Shown in pieces: positions 7,376 to 15,280 of a DNA stretch of 44,471 bases. The stretch lies in assembly GCA_036261925.1 (NCBI GenBank), contig DATAJW010000032.1:1-44471 (forward strand). Direction: 5' to 3'. How positions within the stretch are numbered: the stretch's first letter is position 1; the number at the start of each line of letters is the position of its first letter. A model generated the notes under the pieces. It was given only the letters and a program-made list of their open reading frames with translations. It was not told the DNA's origin and ran no database searches. The translations under genes and the position numbers were made by a program. The stretch comes from Minisyncoccota bacterium (GTDB lineage: Bacteria > Patescibacteriota > Minisyncoccia > Phycocordibacterales > Phycocordibacteraceae).

Positions 7376-9103
7376 CTAGTCCTCGTACCCTGCCCGGTCG
7401 GGCGGTATCGAATAGTAATTGATGAGGAAGTGCGTGAGCTCGAAGAACGGCTCGGTGAGGGTCTCGGAGGCGTACTGCACGCCCTGCGGCTGCCGGGTGT
7501 AGAGCAGGATGATGTAGCGCGGCTCGTACGCCGGGAAGTAGCCGAAGAAGGAGTGGAAGTACAGGTTGGCATAGTACTGGCCGCCCGGGCCCGGCACCTG
7601 CGCCGTACCCGTCTTCGCCGCGACCGTCATCTCCGGTATCTTCTTCGCGCCGTTCGCAATCTTCGTGTCGGCGACCTTCACGAGCATGCGCGTGGTCTCC
7701 TCGACCGCCTTCTTGCTGAATACGCGGGAGCTCTCGCCCCAGGCAAGCTCGCGCTCGATGCCGCTCTCGAGCCGTATGGCGCGGACCAGGTGCGGCGTCA
7801 CCACCTCGCCGCCGTTGGCGAGCGCGCCGAGCGCCTTCACCATCTCCACCGGCGTCTGGGCGATGCCCTGGCCGTAGGACGCGGTCGCGTACTCGATGTC
7901 GCGCGGGCTCTTCTCGATGTTCGCGATGGTCCCCGGGATCTCGCTCGGCAGGTCGATGCCGGTCTCCTCGCCCATGCCGAGCTCCTTGAAATACTCGCGG
8001 AAGCGCTCGCGCCCGACCGCGAGCGCGACGTACGCCGCGCCGACGTTGAGCGACTGCGAGAGTATCTCCTGCATGGGGATGACGCCGCGCGCCTTGAGGT
8101 CGTAGTTGCAGAAGGTCTTCTCGTTGAGCGTGCGGCAGCCGGTGTCGTTATACGTCGAGTCCGGCGTGACCGCGCCCGCATCGAGGCCGGCAGCCATCGT
8201 CAGCGCCTTCACGATGGAGCCGAACTCGTAGCGGCTTTCGACGAGCGGGTTCCCGAAGTGCGCCGGATTGCCGTTGGCGAAGTCGTTCAGGTCGAACGAC
8301 GGGTAGGTGTCGAGCGCGATGATCTCGCCGGTCTTGGGATCCATGATGATGGCGCCGGTCTCGAGGCTGCCGTACTGCGCGTTCACGCTCGCGATGACCT
8401 GGTCGAGCTTCTCCTGCACCACCGGGTCTATGGTCGTGATGAGGTCCCCCTCCCTCGCTTCCCGTGCGTCGACGACCACGCTGTCGAGGTTCGCGAACAG
8501 CTCCGCGAAGAAGTTGCCGAAGAGGCCCTCATTCTTGCGCGAGAGCGCGTCCTCGTAGTACCGCTCGAGGCCGATGCGGCCGGCGAGGTCGTTGTCGTTG
8601 TCGTACGCGACGAAGCCGATCGATTGCGCTGCCTGGGTCTTCGCGGGATAGGAGCGCCAGCGCTCGCGCTCGAGCCTGATGCCCGGTATCTCGAGCGCCT
8701 CTATCGCCTTCCCCGCGTCCTCCGAGACGCGTTTCGCGACGACCTCGTACGGGTCATCGATGCGGGCTGCGGATGCGAGGAACGCTTCCTTATCGATAGC
8801 GACCTGCGCCGAGAGGGCCGCGTACGCCGTTTCTGCGTCCTCGATATCGCTCGGACGCATCGCCACCGTGAATCCGGTCGCGAGGGTCGCGGCCGAGAGC
8901 AGCGAGCCGTCCTTGCGCGTGAGGTAGATAGAGCCCCGATCGAAGAGCTCCTGGCTCGAGGACATGTACTGCTTCTCTGCCCGCAGCTGGTACTCCGCGG
9001 CGTCCACGACCTGCACGAAATAGAGCCGCGTGATCAGGAGGAACGCGAATAGGAAAAGAAGCGTCGAGAGGACGCGGAGACGGATACGGATGGCCCGGCG
9101 CAT
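7376..9103 (-). CDS. ftsI: penicillin-binding protein, division transpeptidase (FtsI/PBP3-like)
   Basis: N-terminal TM, PBP dimerisation region and transpeptidase region (GSIVKALT = SxxK, KTGTA). It sits directly after mraZ-rsmH-ftsL. Confidence 0.88.
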   Translation of the reverse strand: MRRAIRIRLRVLSTLLFLFAFLLITRLYFVQVVDAAEYQLRAEKQYMSSSQELFDRGSIYLTRKDGSLLSAATLATGFTVAMRPSDIEDAETAYAALSAQVAIDKEAFLASAARIDDPYEVVAKRVSEDAGKAIEALEIPGIRLERERWRSYPAKTQAAQSIGFVAYDNDNDLAGRIGLERYYEDALSRKNEGLFGNFFAELFANLDSVVVDAREAREGDLITTIDPVVQEKLDQVIASVNAQYGSLETGAIIMDPKTGEIIALDTYPSFDLNDFANGNPAHFGNPLVESRYEFGSIVKALTMAAGLDAGAVTPDSTYNDTGCRTLNEKTFCNYDLKARGVIPMQEILSQSLNVGAAYVALAVGRERFREYFKELGMGEETGIDLPSEIPGTIANIEKSPRDIEYATASYGQGIAQTPVEMVKALGALANGGEVVTPHLVRAIRLESGIERELAWGESSRVFSKKAVEETTRMLVKVADTKIANGAKKIPEMTVAAKTGTAQVPGPGGQYYANLYFHSFFGYFPAYEPRYIILLYTRQPQGVQYASETLTEPFFELTHFLINYYSIPPDRAGYED

Positions 9104-9231
9104 GCCCGTACGCTAAGAACGGCATCGCACGCGCAACCGGTCGGGGATAGCGCGTCGCGAAACCATAACGGATAAACGATTGCTCATAGGACGCGATTCA
9201 GTATACCAATGCCGTTCTTAGCGTACGGGCA
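9103..9231. repeat. 129-bp element bounded by perfect 23-bp inverted repeats
   Basis: TGCCCGTACGCTAAGAACGGCAT (9103-9125) is the exact reverse complement of 9209-9231. The left arm ends on the first base of the ftsI ATG. Confidence 0.9.
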
Positions 9232-9238
9232 CGGACGA

Positions 9239-9517
9239 TTAGCGGAGCGAAAGCGACGGCGCGGCGACCATCGCGGCATACCGGACTTCCGCTGGCGCGA
9301 CGAGCCCGACGGTGCCCGGGTCCGTGCGGCCGATCTCGGCAATCGCGTCGTAGTACGAGCGTTCGAGGGTCGTGATGCCGTTCTCCGCGTCACGCACCTC
9401 GGCAGCAAGGTCCGTACGCCAGGCGGCCAGGGAAACCGTCGTGACGACCAGCGCGAGGTACCCGGCTATCAGGATGCCGACGGCGAACGAGAGGATGGAA
9501 ATGGTGCGATCAGGCAT
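9239..9517 (-). CDS. ftsL: FtsL-like division protein (92 aa, single TM)
   Basis: Bitopic small protein located between rsmH and ftsI. Its start overlaps the rsmH stop by 8 nt. Confidence 0.6.
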   Translation of the reverse strand: MPDRTISILSFAVGILIAGYLALVVTTVSLAAWRTDLAAEVRDAENGITTLERSYYDAIAEIGRTDPGTVGLVAPAEVRYAAMVAAPSLSLR

Positions 9518-10454
9518 ACAAGGTACTGGCTACGGACTGGGTAATGGAAACCGACGGGCGGGCGCCGCGCTCGAACACCCGCAGCTTCGCGCTGCGGGCG
9601 CGCGGATTGGCGGCGAGCTCGCTCGCGGACGGGGTGACCGGCTTCTTCGTCACCACGGTCCCCTGCCCCGCGTGCGCCGCATCGCGGAACATCGCCTTCA
9701 CGATGCGGTCCTCGATGCTATGGAACGTGATGACGGCGACGCGGCCGCCCTCGGAGAGCCGGTTCAGGGCGCCCGCGACGCCTTCGCGGACCGCGCCGAG
9801 CTCGTCATTGACCGCGATGCGGAGCGCCTGGAACGTCTTCGTCGCCGGATGCAGCTTGCGATGGCGGTACCAGGCCGGGACGCCCGCCTCGACCGCTTCC
9901 ACCAGCTGCGCGGTCGTCTCGATCGCGGACTCCTCGCGGCGCGCGACGATCGCTTTGGCGATGCCGCGCGAGAAGCGCTCCTCGCCGAGGGTGTAGAGCA
10001 GGTCGGCAAGCGCGGTCTCCGAGAGGTTATTCACGAAATCGGCGGCGTTCGTCTCCATGCCCTCGCCATAGGTCATGAGGAGCGGTTCGTCGGCACGGAA
10101 CGAGAAGCCGCGCCCATCCTCGAGCTGGAAGCCCGACCAGCCGAGATCGAACAGCGCGCCGTCGATGCCCTCGATGCCCTCCGCATCGAGCAAGCGCTCA
10201 AGGTCGCGGAAATTGCCGTGCACCAGATGCACCGTGATGCCGGTCGCCGCGGGGACGCGCTCGCGAGCGCGCGTAAGCGCGCTGCTGTCCGCATCGATGC
10301 CGACGAGCGTCCCTTCCTGGCCGAGGATGTCGCGCATGAGCGCGAAGTGCCCCGCCCCGCCCAAGGTCGCGTCGACGACCGTATCGCCCGTGCAGATGGC
10401 GAGCGCTTCGACTGATTCATGGAGCAGGACGGTCTCGTGTCGCATAGGGTTCAT
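9510..10454 (-). CDS. rsmH: 16S rRNA (cytosine1402-N4)-methyltransferase
   Basis: HESVLLxE-type N-terminus (HETVLLHESVEAL), DATLGGAGH, and the FHSIEDRIVK motif. Start placed at MNPMRHE just after the mraZ stop; the track ORF over-extends to 10676. Confidence 0.92.
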   Translation of the reverse strand: MNPMRHETVLLHESVEALAICTGDTVVDATLGGAGHFALMRDILGQEGTLVGIDADSSALTRARERVPAATGITVHLVHGNFRDLERLLDAEGIEGIDGALFDLGWSGFQLEDGRGFSFRADEPLLMTYGEGMETNAADFVNNLSETALADLLYTLGEERFSRGIAKAIVARREESAIETTAQLVEAVEAGVPAWYRHRKLHPATKTFQALRIAVNDELGAVREGVAGALNRLSEGGRVAVITFHSIEDRIVKAMFRDAAHAGQGTVVTKKPVTPSASELAANPRARSAKLRVFERGARPSVSITQSVASTLYA

Positions 10455-10458
10455 ACCG

Positions 10459-10893
10459 CTAGAGGACGCCCTGGTCGCCGAGCTTCTCGGCGAACGCGTC
10501 GGCGTCCCGCTCGATTGATTTCGTGTATGCAGCCCAGGCCTTCTCGTCCCAGATCTCCACACGGTCGGAGACCCCGGCGACGACGCTCGCCTGCGAAAGC
10601 TTCGCGAAGGACTTGAGATAATCCGGGACGAGGATGCGGCCCGCTGAATCGACGTCCGCTTCCGAGGCGCCGGCAAGCATGAGACGGGAAAGGCCGCGGC
10701 CCGCTGCGCTTCCGGTTGAGTATGCGGCGAACCGCTCCGCCTGCTTCTTCCACGCGGTCTTCGGGTAGACGAAGAGGCAGTGGTCGAGACCGCGGGTCAC
10801 GATGACGCTTGCGCCCAGTTCCTTGCGGAACTTCGCGGGCAGCGAGATGCGGTTCTTCGCATCGAACGTGTGACGGTATTCGCCGATGAACAT
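10459..10893 (-). CDS. mraZ: transcriptional regulator MraZ
   Basis: MFIGEYRHTFDAKNRISLPAKFR plus a second DxxGRIxxP repeat (DSAGRILVPDYL). Confidence 0.95.
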   Translation of the reverse strand: MFIGEYRHTFDAKNRISLPAKFRKELGASVIVTRGLDHCLFVYPKTAWKKQAERFAAYSTGSAAGRGLSRLMLAGASEADVDSAGRILVPDYLKSFAKLSQASVVAGVSDRVEIWDEKAWAAYTKSIERDADAFAEKLGDQGVL

Positions 10894-10950
10894 GAGTAAG
10901 TAAAAGGCAGTAGGAGCGGTCGAGGCGAAAAGAAGAAGAGAAACGCTTCA

Positions 10951-11017
10951 CCCACTTCATCCCACTAATATCCAAGTATATGCCACTCTCCCCCACCGGC
11001 ACGCCCCTTATCCCCAC
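10951..11017 (-). promoter_or_regulatory. array of five GTGGG-type boxes, putative MraZ operator
   Basis: Plus-strand CCCAC (GCCAC in box 3) starts at 10951, 10961, 10982, 10992 and 11013, giving spacings of 10, 21, 10 and 21 nt. A TATACT -10 (10975-10980, minus strand) lies between boxes 2 and 3. Confidence 0.45.
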
Positions 11018-11033
11018 AATCGGCGCGGCGAAT

Positions 11034-11061
11034 TTGACATCGATGCGTCACGCGGTATCCT
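11034..11061 (+). promoter_or_regulatory. sigma70-like promoter TTGACA-16-TATCCT
   Basis: Consensus -35 at 11034-11039 and a -10-like TATCCT at 11056-11061, divergent from mraZ. Confidence 0.45.
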
Positions 11062-11068
11062 CATACCT

Positions 11069-11164
11069 ATGACTCGAGCGCAGTACTGGATTCTCACGGT
11101 CTTCGTACGCTTCGGCCTCCTAGAGAGGGTCGGGGTCTCGCTTGAGGTTTCTCCAGAGAATTAA
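11069..11164 (+). CDS. candidate leaderless mini-ORF (31 aa, MTRAQYWILTVFVRFGLLERVGVSLEVSPEN)
   Basis: The ATG lies 7 nt after the TATCCT -10, the same geometry as the other leaderless genes here. It is below the ORF-track length cutoff and has no homology support. Confidence 0.3.
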   Translation: MTRAQYWILTVFVRFGLLERVGVSLEVSPEN

Positions 11165-11275
11165 GGAAAACGCCAAGAAATTTCAATCGAGCCCCTGACC
11201 GAACGGTCCGGGGCTCGACCCGTTCATGCGAACGGTTCTAGGATGAGGTCTTTCACAACGCCAACGGAGGATGGC

Positions 11276-11722
11276 ATGACGACAACGACAATCTATGTGA
11301 CGCATCGGAACGATGCCGCCGGCATGCAAGCTATCGGCTTGCTCGAGGAGCTCGGCTATGAGATTCGCCAGCTTACCGGCGAGGGGGCATGCTGTCTCAA
11401 GGGCGAAGTGGCGCTCTTCTCATGCAAGCAGGGCGGCAGTTTCCCCAGCAGCTTCCTGCGCACCGTGTCCCATGACTTCGAGCGGCGCGGGATACGCGTC
11501 CCGGAATGGGCACGCGGGGCCGATAGCATGGCCGCGATACGCACCGCGCGGTGCTGTCCCATCGCCGGCACGTTCATCGGGCGCGACGAGGCGGGCTTCA
11601 AGGAAGCGCTGGTGAACTACGTCGGCTACGAGCGGCCGAAGCGGAAGCGTCCAAAGCGGCAGAGCGCCATCGCGCGGCGCATCGACCGTCACCAGGAGAT
11701 ACGCGAAGGCATCCTGGCCTGA
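11276..11722 (+). CDS. hypothetical protein (148 aa)
   Basis: GGAGGA SD 4 nt before the ATG at 11276 (the ORF opens at 11243). It has a basic C-terminal tail (KRKRPKRQ) and is followed by a terminator. Confidence 0.55.
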   Translation: MTTTTIYVTHRNDAAGMQAIGLLEELGYEIRQLTGEGACCLKGEVALFSCKQGGSFPSSFLRTVSHDFERRGIRVPEWARGADSMAAIRTARCCPIAGTFIGRDEAGFKEALVNYVGYERPKRKRPKRQSAIARRIDRHQEIREGILA

Positions 11723-11729
11723 ACGCGCA

Positions 11730-11760
11730 AGGGCGACCCTCACGGGTCGCCCTTTCACTT
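11730..11760 (+). terminator. intrinsic terminator
   Basis: AGGGCGACCC / TCAC / GGGTCGCCCT followed by TTCACTTTC. Confidence 0.65.
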
Positions 11761-11902
11761 TCAAGTCACTGCATCAAAGGAGCGTCAAAAGGAACCTCGA
11801 TGCGAGGCACGGGAAGCCGAGGAGCGGAGACGTACTCATAGTACGGCGCGGCAAGGAGGCGGGACCCGCAACGAAGCAGGTAGGCTTCTTTTGGCGTTCC
11901 CG

Positions 11903-12373
11903 CTAGCTGACTTTCTCGACGGAATAGGTTTGCTTGCCGTTCGGGGTCTCAAAGGTGAAGATATCCCCCTTCTTCTTGCCCATGAGCGCGGCGCCGAGCG
12001 GCGACACGTGCGAGAGCTTATGCGCCCGCATGTCCGCCTCTTCCGAACCGACGATGGTGTACTCATGCGTCTCCGCGCTGCTGTCCTTCTTGATGGTCAC
12101 CGTCGAGCTGAAGCCGACGATATCCTTCTTCTTGCCGTCGGTGACGATCTTCGCGCGCTTCACCAGTTCCTCGAGCTTGCGGATGCGCTCCTCGGTCGCG
12201 GCCTGCAGCTCGCGCGCCTCCTGGTATTCCGCGTTCTCCGAGAGGTCGCCGAGCGAACGGGCATACTCGAGATTCTTCGCGATCTCGGAACGGCGGACGG
12301 TCTTCAGGTTCTCGAGCTCCTTCAGGAACTCATCGAACTTCTCCTGGCTCACGACGGTTTCTTGCTCAAGCAT
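11903..12373 (-). CDS. greA: transcription elongation factor GreA
   Basis: GDLSENAEYQEARE coiled-coil tip motif and a GreA C-terminal domain (ISHVSPLGAALMGKKKGD). Confidence 0.95.
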   Translation of the reverse strand: MLEQETVVSQEKFDEFLKELENLKTVRRSEIAKNLEYARSLGDLSENAEYQEARELQAATEERIRKLEELVKRAKIVTDGKKKDIVGFSSTVTIKKDSSAETHEYTIVGSEEADMRAHKLSHVSPLGAALMGKKKGDIFTFETPNGKQTYSVEKVS

Positions 12374-12400
12374 GGTGAAAGATTAATGAACGGTAGGCCC

Positions 12401-12428
12401 ATTGTACGTGGAAGCGCGTGCCGCGCAA
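12401..12428 (-). promoter_or_regulatory. greA promoter TTGCGC-16-TACAAT
   Basis: Minus strand: TTGCGC (12428-12423), 16-nt spacer, TACAAT (12406-12401). The greA ATG is 27 nt downstream. Confidence 0.5.
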
Positions 12429-12449
12429 GCGCGGCGCAAATCCTAATCA

Positions 12450-12560
12450 TCAAGCACCAAATCCCAGACAAGGACCGAGATTCCAAAGCCTAAACGAATC
12501 CCGCTTCCTTCCTATTCGGACCTTTTGGTGCTTTGAATTTGCCTGGAATTTGGTGCTTGA
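12450..12560 (-). ncRNA. structured intergenic element closed by a 16-bp helix (candidate small RNA or repeat element)
   Basis: 12450-12465 pairs with 12545-12560. The helix is continuous on the minus-strand RNA (one G-U pair) but has a C-A mismatch on the plus strand. An inner 8-bp stem CGGGAUUC/GAAUCUCG is also present. Confidence 0.4.
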
Positions 12561-12564
12561 CTCC

Positions 12565-14235
12565 CTATTCAAAGTATTCCGGAGCGGTGCGGTGCAGCTC
12601 AGTCAGCGCCTGGTGCGCCGCATAGATGCCGCCGATGAGATTCGTCGACGGTCCCTTCTCCATGAGCACTACGTATACGTATTTCGGGTCGTCGTACGGG
12701 AAGAAGCCGACCGCCCAGGCGTGGTGGTATTCGTTGTTGGCGCCCAGCTGCGCCGTGCCCGTCTTCCCCGCTATCTCCGTGAACGACAGGTCGTTGAGGC
12801 CGACCGAGGTCCCTTCGAGCGCGCCCATGCGCATGCCCTCGCGCGCCACCTGGAGCGCGTATCCGCTTACCGGCACGCTTTCCGCGACCGGCTGCTGGCC
12901 TGTGAGCAGCGTCGGCTTCAGGAGCTTGCCGCCGTTCGCGATGGAAGCGATGGCGCGCGCCACCTCGATCGGCGTCACCGTCATCGCGTACTGGCCGATG
13001 GCGGTATGGTACGTGTTGCCGATGCGCCAGGGCTCGTCGTACGTCTCTTCCTTCCATGCGGGCGACGGGATGAATCCCTCGCCCTCGCCCGCAAGCTCGA
13101 TGCCGGTCTTCGTGTCGTAGCCGAAGGACTGGAACCAGTACCGCAGGCGCTCGATGCCGAGCCCCTTCTGATTGCCGAACCCGCCGCCCACCGTATAGAA
13201 ATAGACGTCCGAGGAATACGCGATGGCGCTGCGCATGTTCATCGCGCCGAGCGCCTTCCAGTCGCGGAACACCGTCGGCTTGGAGGGATCGTACGGATTG
13301 GGCACGACGATCGACCCCGAGGAGAAGATGGTCGTATCGGGAGAGATGATGCCGTCGGTAAGCGCGCCGGCGGCCTCCGCAGGCTTCACGATGGAGCCCG
13401 GCGCGTAGAGACCCGCGATGGCGCGGTCGAGATAGGGCCGGCGACGGTCGTTCTGGTAGCCGGCGATGGTGTCCGCCGGCGTTCCCGCCGAGAGCACGTT
13501 CGGGTCGTACTCGGGATACGATACGAGCGCATGGACCTCGCCCGTATGGACGTCCATGAGTATGGCCGAGCCGCCCTCGAACGGGATGCGCTCGACGAGC
13601 TCGGATATCGCGCCATAGAACGCCTTCTGCGCGCGGGCGTCGATGGAGAGCGCGATGGTCCGGCCGTCCTCCGGCGGCGTCACCGTCCCGGACGACTGCA
13701 CCTGGCCCAGCGCATCCTCCTCGATGAGCAGCGTGCCGTTCTTGCCGCGCAGGAGCTCATTGAACGCCGCTTCCGCACCGGCGAGACCCGTTACCTCCGT
13801 ATCGTAGTAATTGCCCGACGAATCCTTCTTCGGGTTCGAGACGTAGCCGAGCACGTGGCCGAATCCCGGCGCCATGTACGTGCGCTTGACCGAGCCGTCT
13901 TCGGCAGCCTCGTTCATCGCGAGAGGGACGCCCATGCGGTCGGTGATCGCGCCGCGCCGCGCGAACAGCACTTCAGGGCGCAGGCGGTTGCGTTCGCTCT
14001 GCGCGGCATAGGTCTCGCCTTCCATGATCTGCAGGTTAGCGGCCTGCGCGACGAGCCCGATGAACACGACCGCGCAGAAGACGAGCAGGCCGATATAGGT
14101 CGAGCGGCCGATGGGACGCTCGAGCCTGCCCTCGAGGCCGCTCTGGTCGAAGTCGGGCAGGTTGCTCGAATCGAGGAATATCTCGTCAGGCGCTATCTCG
14201 CGGCCATGCTTCCCTCGTCCCTTTCCCCGTCTCAT
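12565..14235 (-). CDS. mrdA: penicillin-binding protein 2 (elongasome transpeptidase)
   Basis: PBP dimerisation and transpeptidase regions (GSIVKPAEA = SxxK, SSD, KTGTAQ). It sits directly after mreBCD. Confidence 0.9.
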   Translation of the reverse strand: MRRGKGRGKHGREIAPDEIFLDSSNLPDFDQSGLEGRLERPIGRSTYIGLLVFCAVVFIGLVAQAANLQIMEGETYAAQSERNRLRPEVLFARRGAITDRMGVPLAMNEAAEDGSVKRTYMAPGFGHVLGYVSNPKKDSSGNYYDTEVTGLAGAEAAFNELLRGKNGTLLIEEDALGQVQSSGTVTPPEDGRTIALSIDARAQKAFYGAISELVERIPFEGGSAILMDVHTGEVHALVSYPEYDPNVLSAGTPADTIAGYQNDRRRPYLDRAIAGLYAPGSIVKPAEAAGALTDGIISPDTTIFSSGSIVVPNPYDPSKPTVFRDWKALGAMNMRSAIAYSSDVYFYTVGGGFGNQKGLGIERLRYWFQSFGYDTKTGIELAGEGEGFIPSPAWKEETYDEPWRIGNTYHTAIGQYAMTVTPIEVARAIASIANGGKLLKPTLLTGQQPVAESVPVSGYALQVAREGMRMGALEGTSVGLNDLSFTEIAGKTGTAQLGANNEYHHAWAVGFFPYDDPKYVYVVLMEKGPSTNLIGGIYAAHQALTELHRTAPEYFE

Positions 14236-14483
14236 GCGGCCATGATACGCGTCTTCATAAAGCGATGCACCGCCAGGGCCGCCGGGAATCCGATGAGGCC
14301 GAGGAGCGTCGCGTACGGGAACGTCGCGCCAGGAATCCAGTACACGCTATCGACGAGTATGCCGAGCAGGGGCGCGAGGAGCGGCACGAATGCGGCACCC
14401 GCGAACGCGAGGACGAGCGCGAGCGGCCACGGGAATAGGAACGGCGCGATGACGGCGAGCGCGACCGCGGCGATGCGCATCAT
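14232..14483 (-). CDS. mreD: MreD-like small membrane protein (83 aa)
   Basis: Three hydrophobic segments. The ATGATG start overlaps the mreC stop by 4 nt and the stop overlaps the mrdA start. The call rests on position; the track ORF over-extends to 15119. Confidence 0.55.
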   Translation of the reverse strand: MMRIAAVALAVIAPFLFPWPLALVLAFAGAAFVPLLAPLLGILVDSVYWIPGATFPYATLLGLIGFPAALAVHRFMKTRIMAA

Positions 14484-15280
14484 AGCGGCTGTATCGTCAC
14501 CCACGGGAGCGTGAATATGTTCACGTACGGCCGCACCTCGATGACCGAGCGCGGCGAGGACGGGTCGTAGGTCACGCTCGTGACGCTTCCGATCGGTATG
14601 CTGCCCGGACCCGGCACGTAGACCGTATCCCCGACTATCACCGCCGCATCCTGCGCGATGCTGGCGCGATAGATGCCGCCGCCGATGCCCTCGAGCCTGA
14701 CGGGCGTGCGCACCGTGCCCGCCCATCCTTCCGTCTGCCGGCCGGGCGCCGAATACAGGAGCACGCGGCTCGAGCCGGGAAGCGCCTCCTCCACCGTGCC
14801 CACCGGCACTCCGCCCGGCCCCGAGACCAGGCTCCCGGCCGTCACGCCATCCTCGCTTCCCTGGTCGACGACCAGCACGTCGTACGGCGCCACCGGCGGC
14901 CGCGCGAGCACGCCCGCGAGGATGCCCGGCCCCGCATCGCTGCGATCCCCGAGCAGGCGCTCGAGGTCGGCCGCCTTCGCGGCGAGCATGCGGTTGTTCT
15001 GGACCAACGCCTCGTTCTCGAGCAGGAGCCGGTCGCGCTCGCCGATGAGCGTCGGCCGGTCCGCGAGATACGCGGCCGCGCCGCCGGTCGCGGCGGTGAG
15101 CGCCGTTCCGGCCCCCCACACGGGCGACACGAGCGCCGTGAGCGCTCCGGGGAACGCGAACCGCGCGATAAGGATGAGGGCCATGATCGCGACGAGGATG
15201 AGGCCGATGAGGCCGCGCTCCGCATCGAGGAGCGCGTTCCGACGGAGCAGTCTACGCGTACGCGAGAATGGCATCTTCAT
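14480..15280 (-). CDS. mreC: rod shape-determining protein MreC
   Basis: TM helix, coiled coil (ENEALVQNNRMLAAKAADLERLL) and beta-rich MreC domains (GAGVLARPPVAPYDVLVVDQG, VGTV). Confidence 0.85.
   Translation of the reverse strand: MKMPFSRTRRLLRRNALLDAERGLIGLILVAIMALILIARFAFPGALTALVSPVWGAGTALTAATGGAAAYLADRPTLIGERDRLLLENEALVQNNRMLAAKAADLERLLGDRSDAGPGILAGVLARPPVAPYDVLVVDQGSEDGVTAGSLVSGPGGVPVGTVEEALPGSSRVLLYSAPGRQTEGWAGTVRTPVRLEGIGGGIYRASIAQDAAVIVGDTVYVPGPGSIPIGSVTSVTYDPSSPRSVIEVRPYVNIFTLPWVTIQPL

Noticed and set aside
7364-9052. 562-aa plus-strand ORF opposite ftsI. Similar very long antisense ORFs lie at 12418-14514, 14673-16343, 34521-35741, 38898-39854 and 40560-42926.
   Set aside because: These are shadow frames typical of high-GC DNA. 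Their translations are Arg/Ala/Gly/Asp-rich low-complexity strings with no motifs. The opposite strand encodes unmistakable PBPs, MreB/MreC, GH18, NrdB and NrdA.
8790-9544. Two ORFs that both start MPFLAYGH (8790-9125 minus strand, 9209-9544 plus strand).
   Set aside because: The identical N-termini are simply the two arms of the 23-bp inverted repeat read outward. Both overlap the real ftsI and ftsL/rsmH genes.
10451-11017. 188-aa minus-strand ORF extending upstream through mraZ in another frame.
   Set aside because: It overlaps the canonical MraZ reading frame. Its upstream extension covers the promoter and operator region, and no motif is present.
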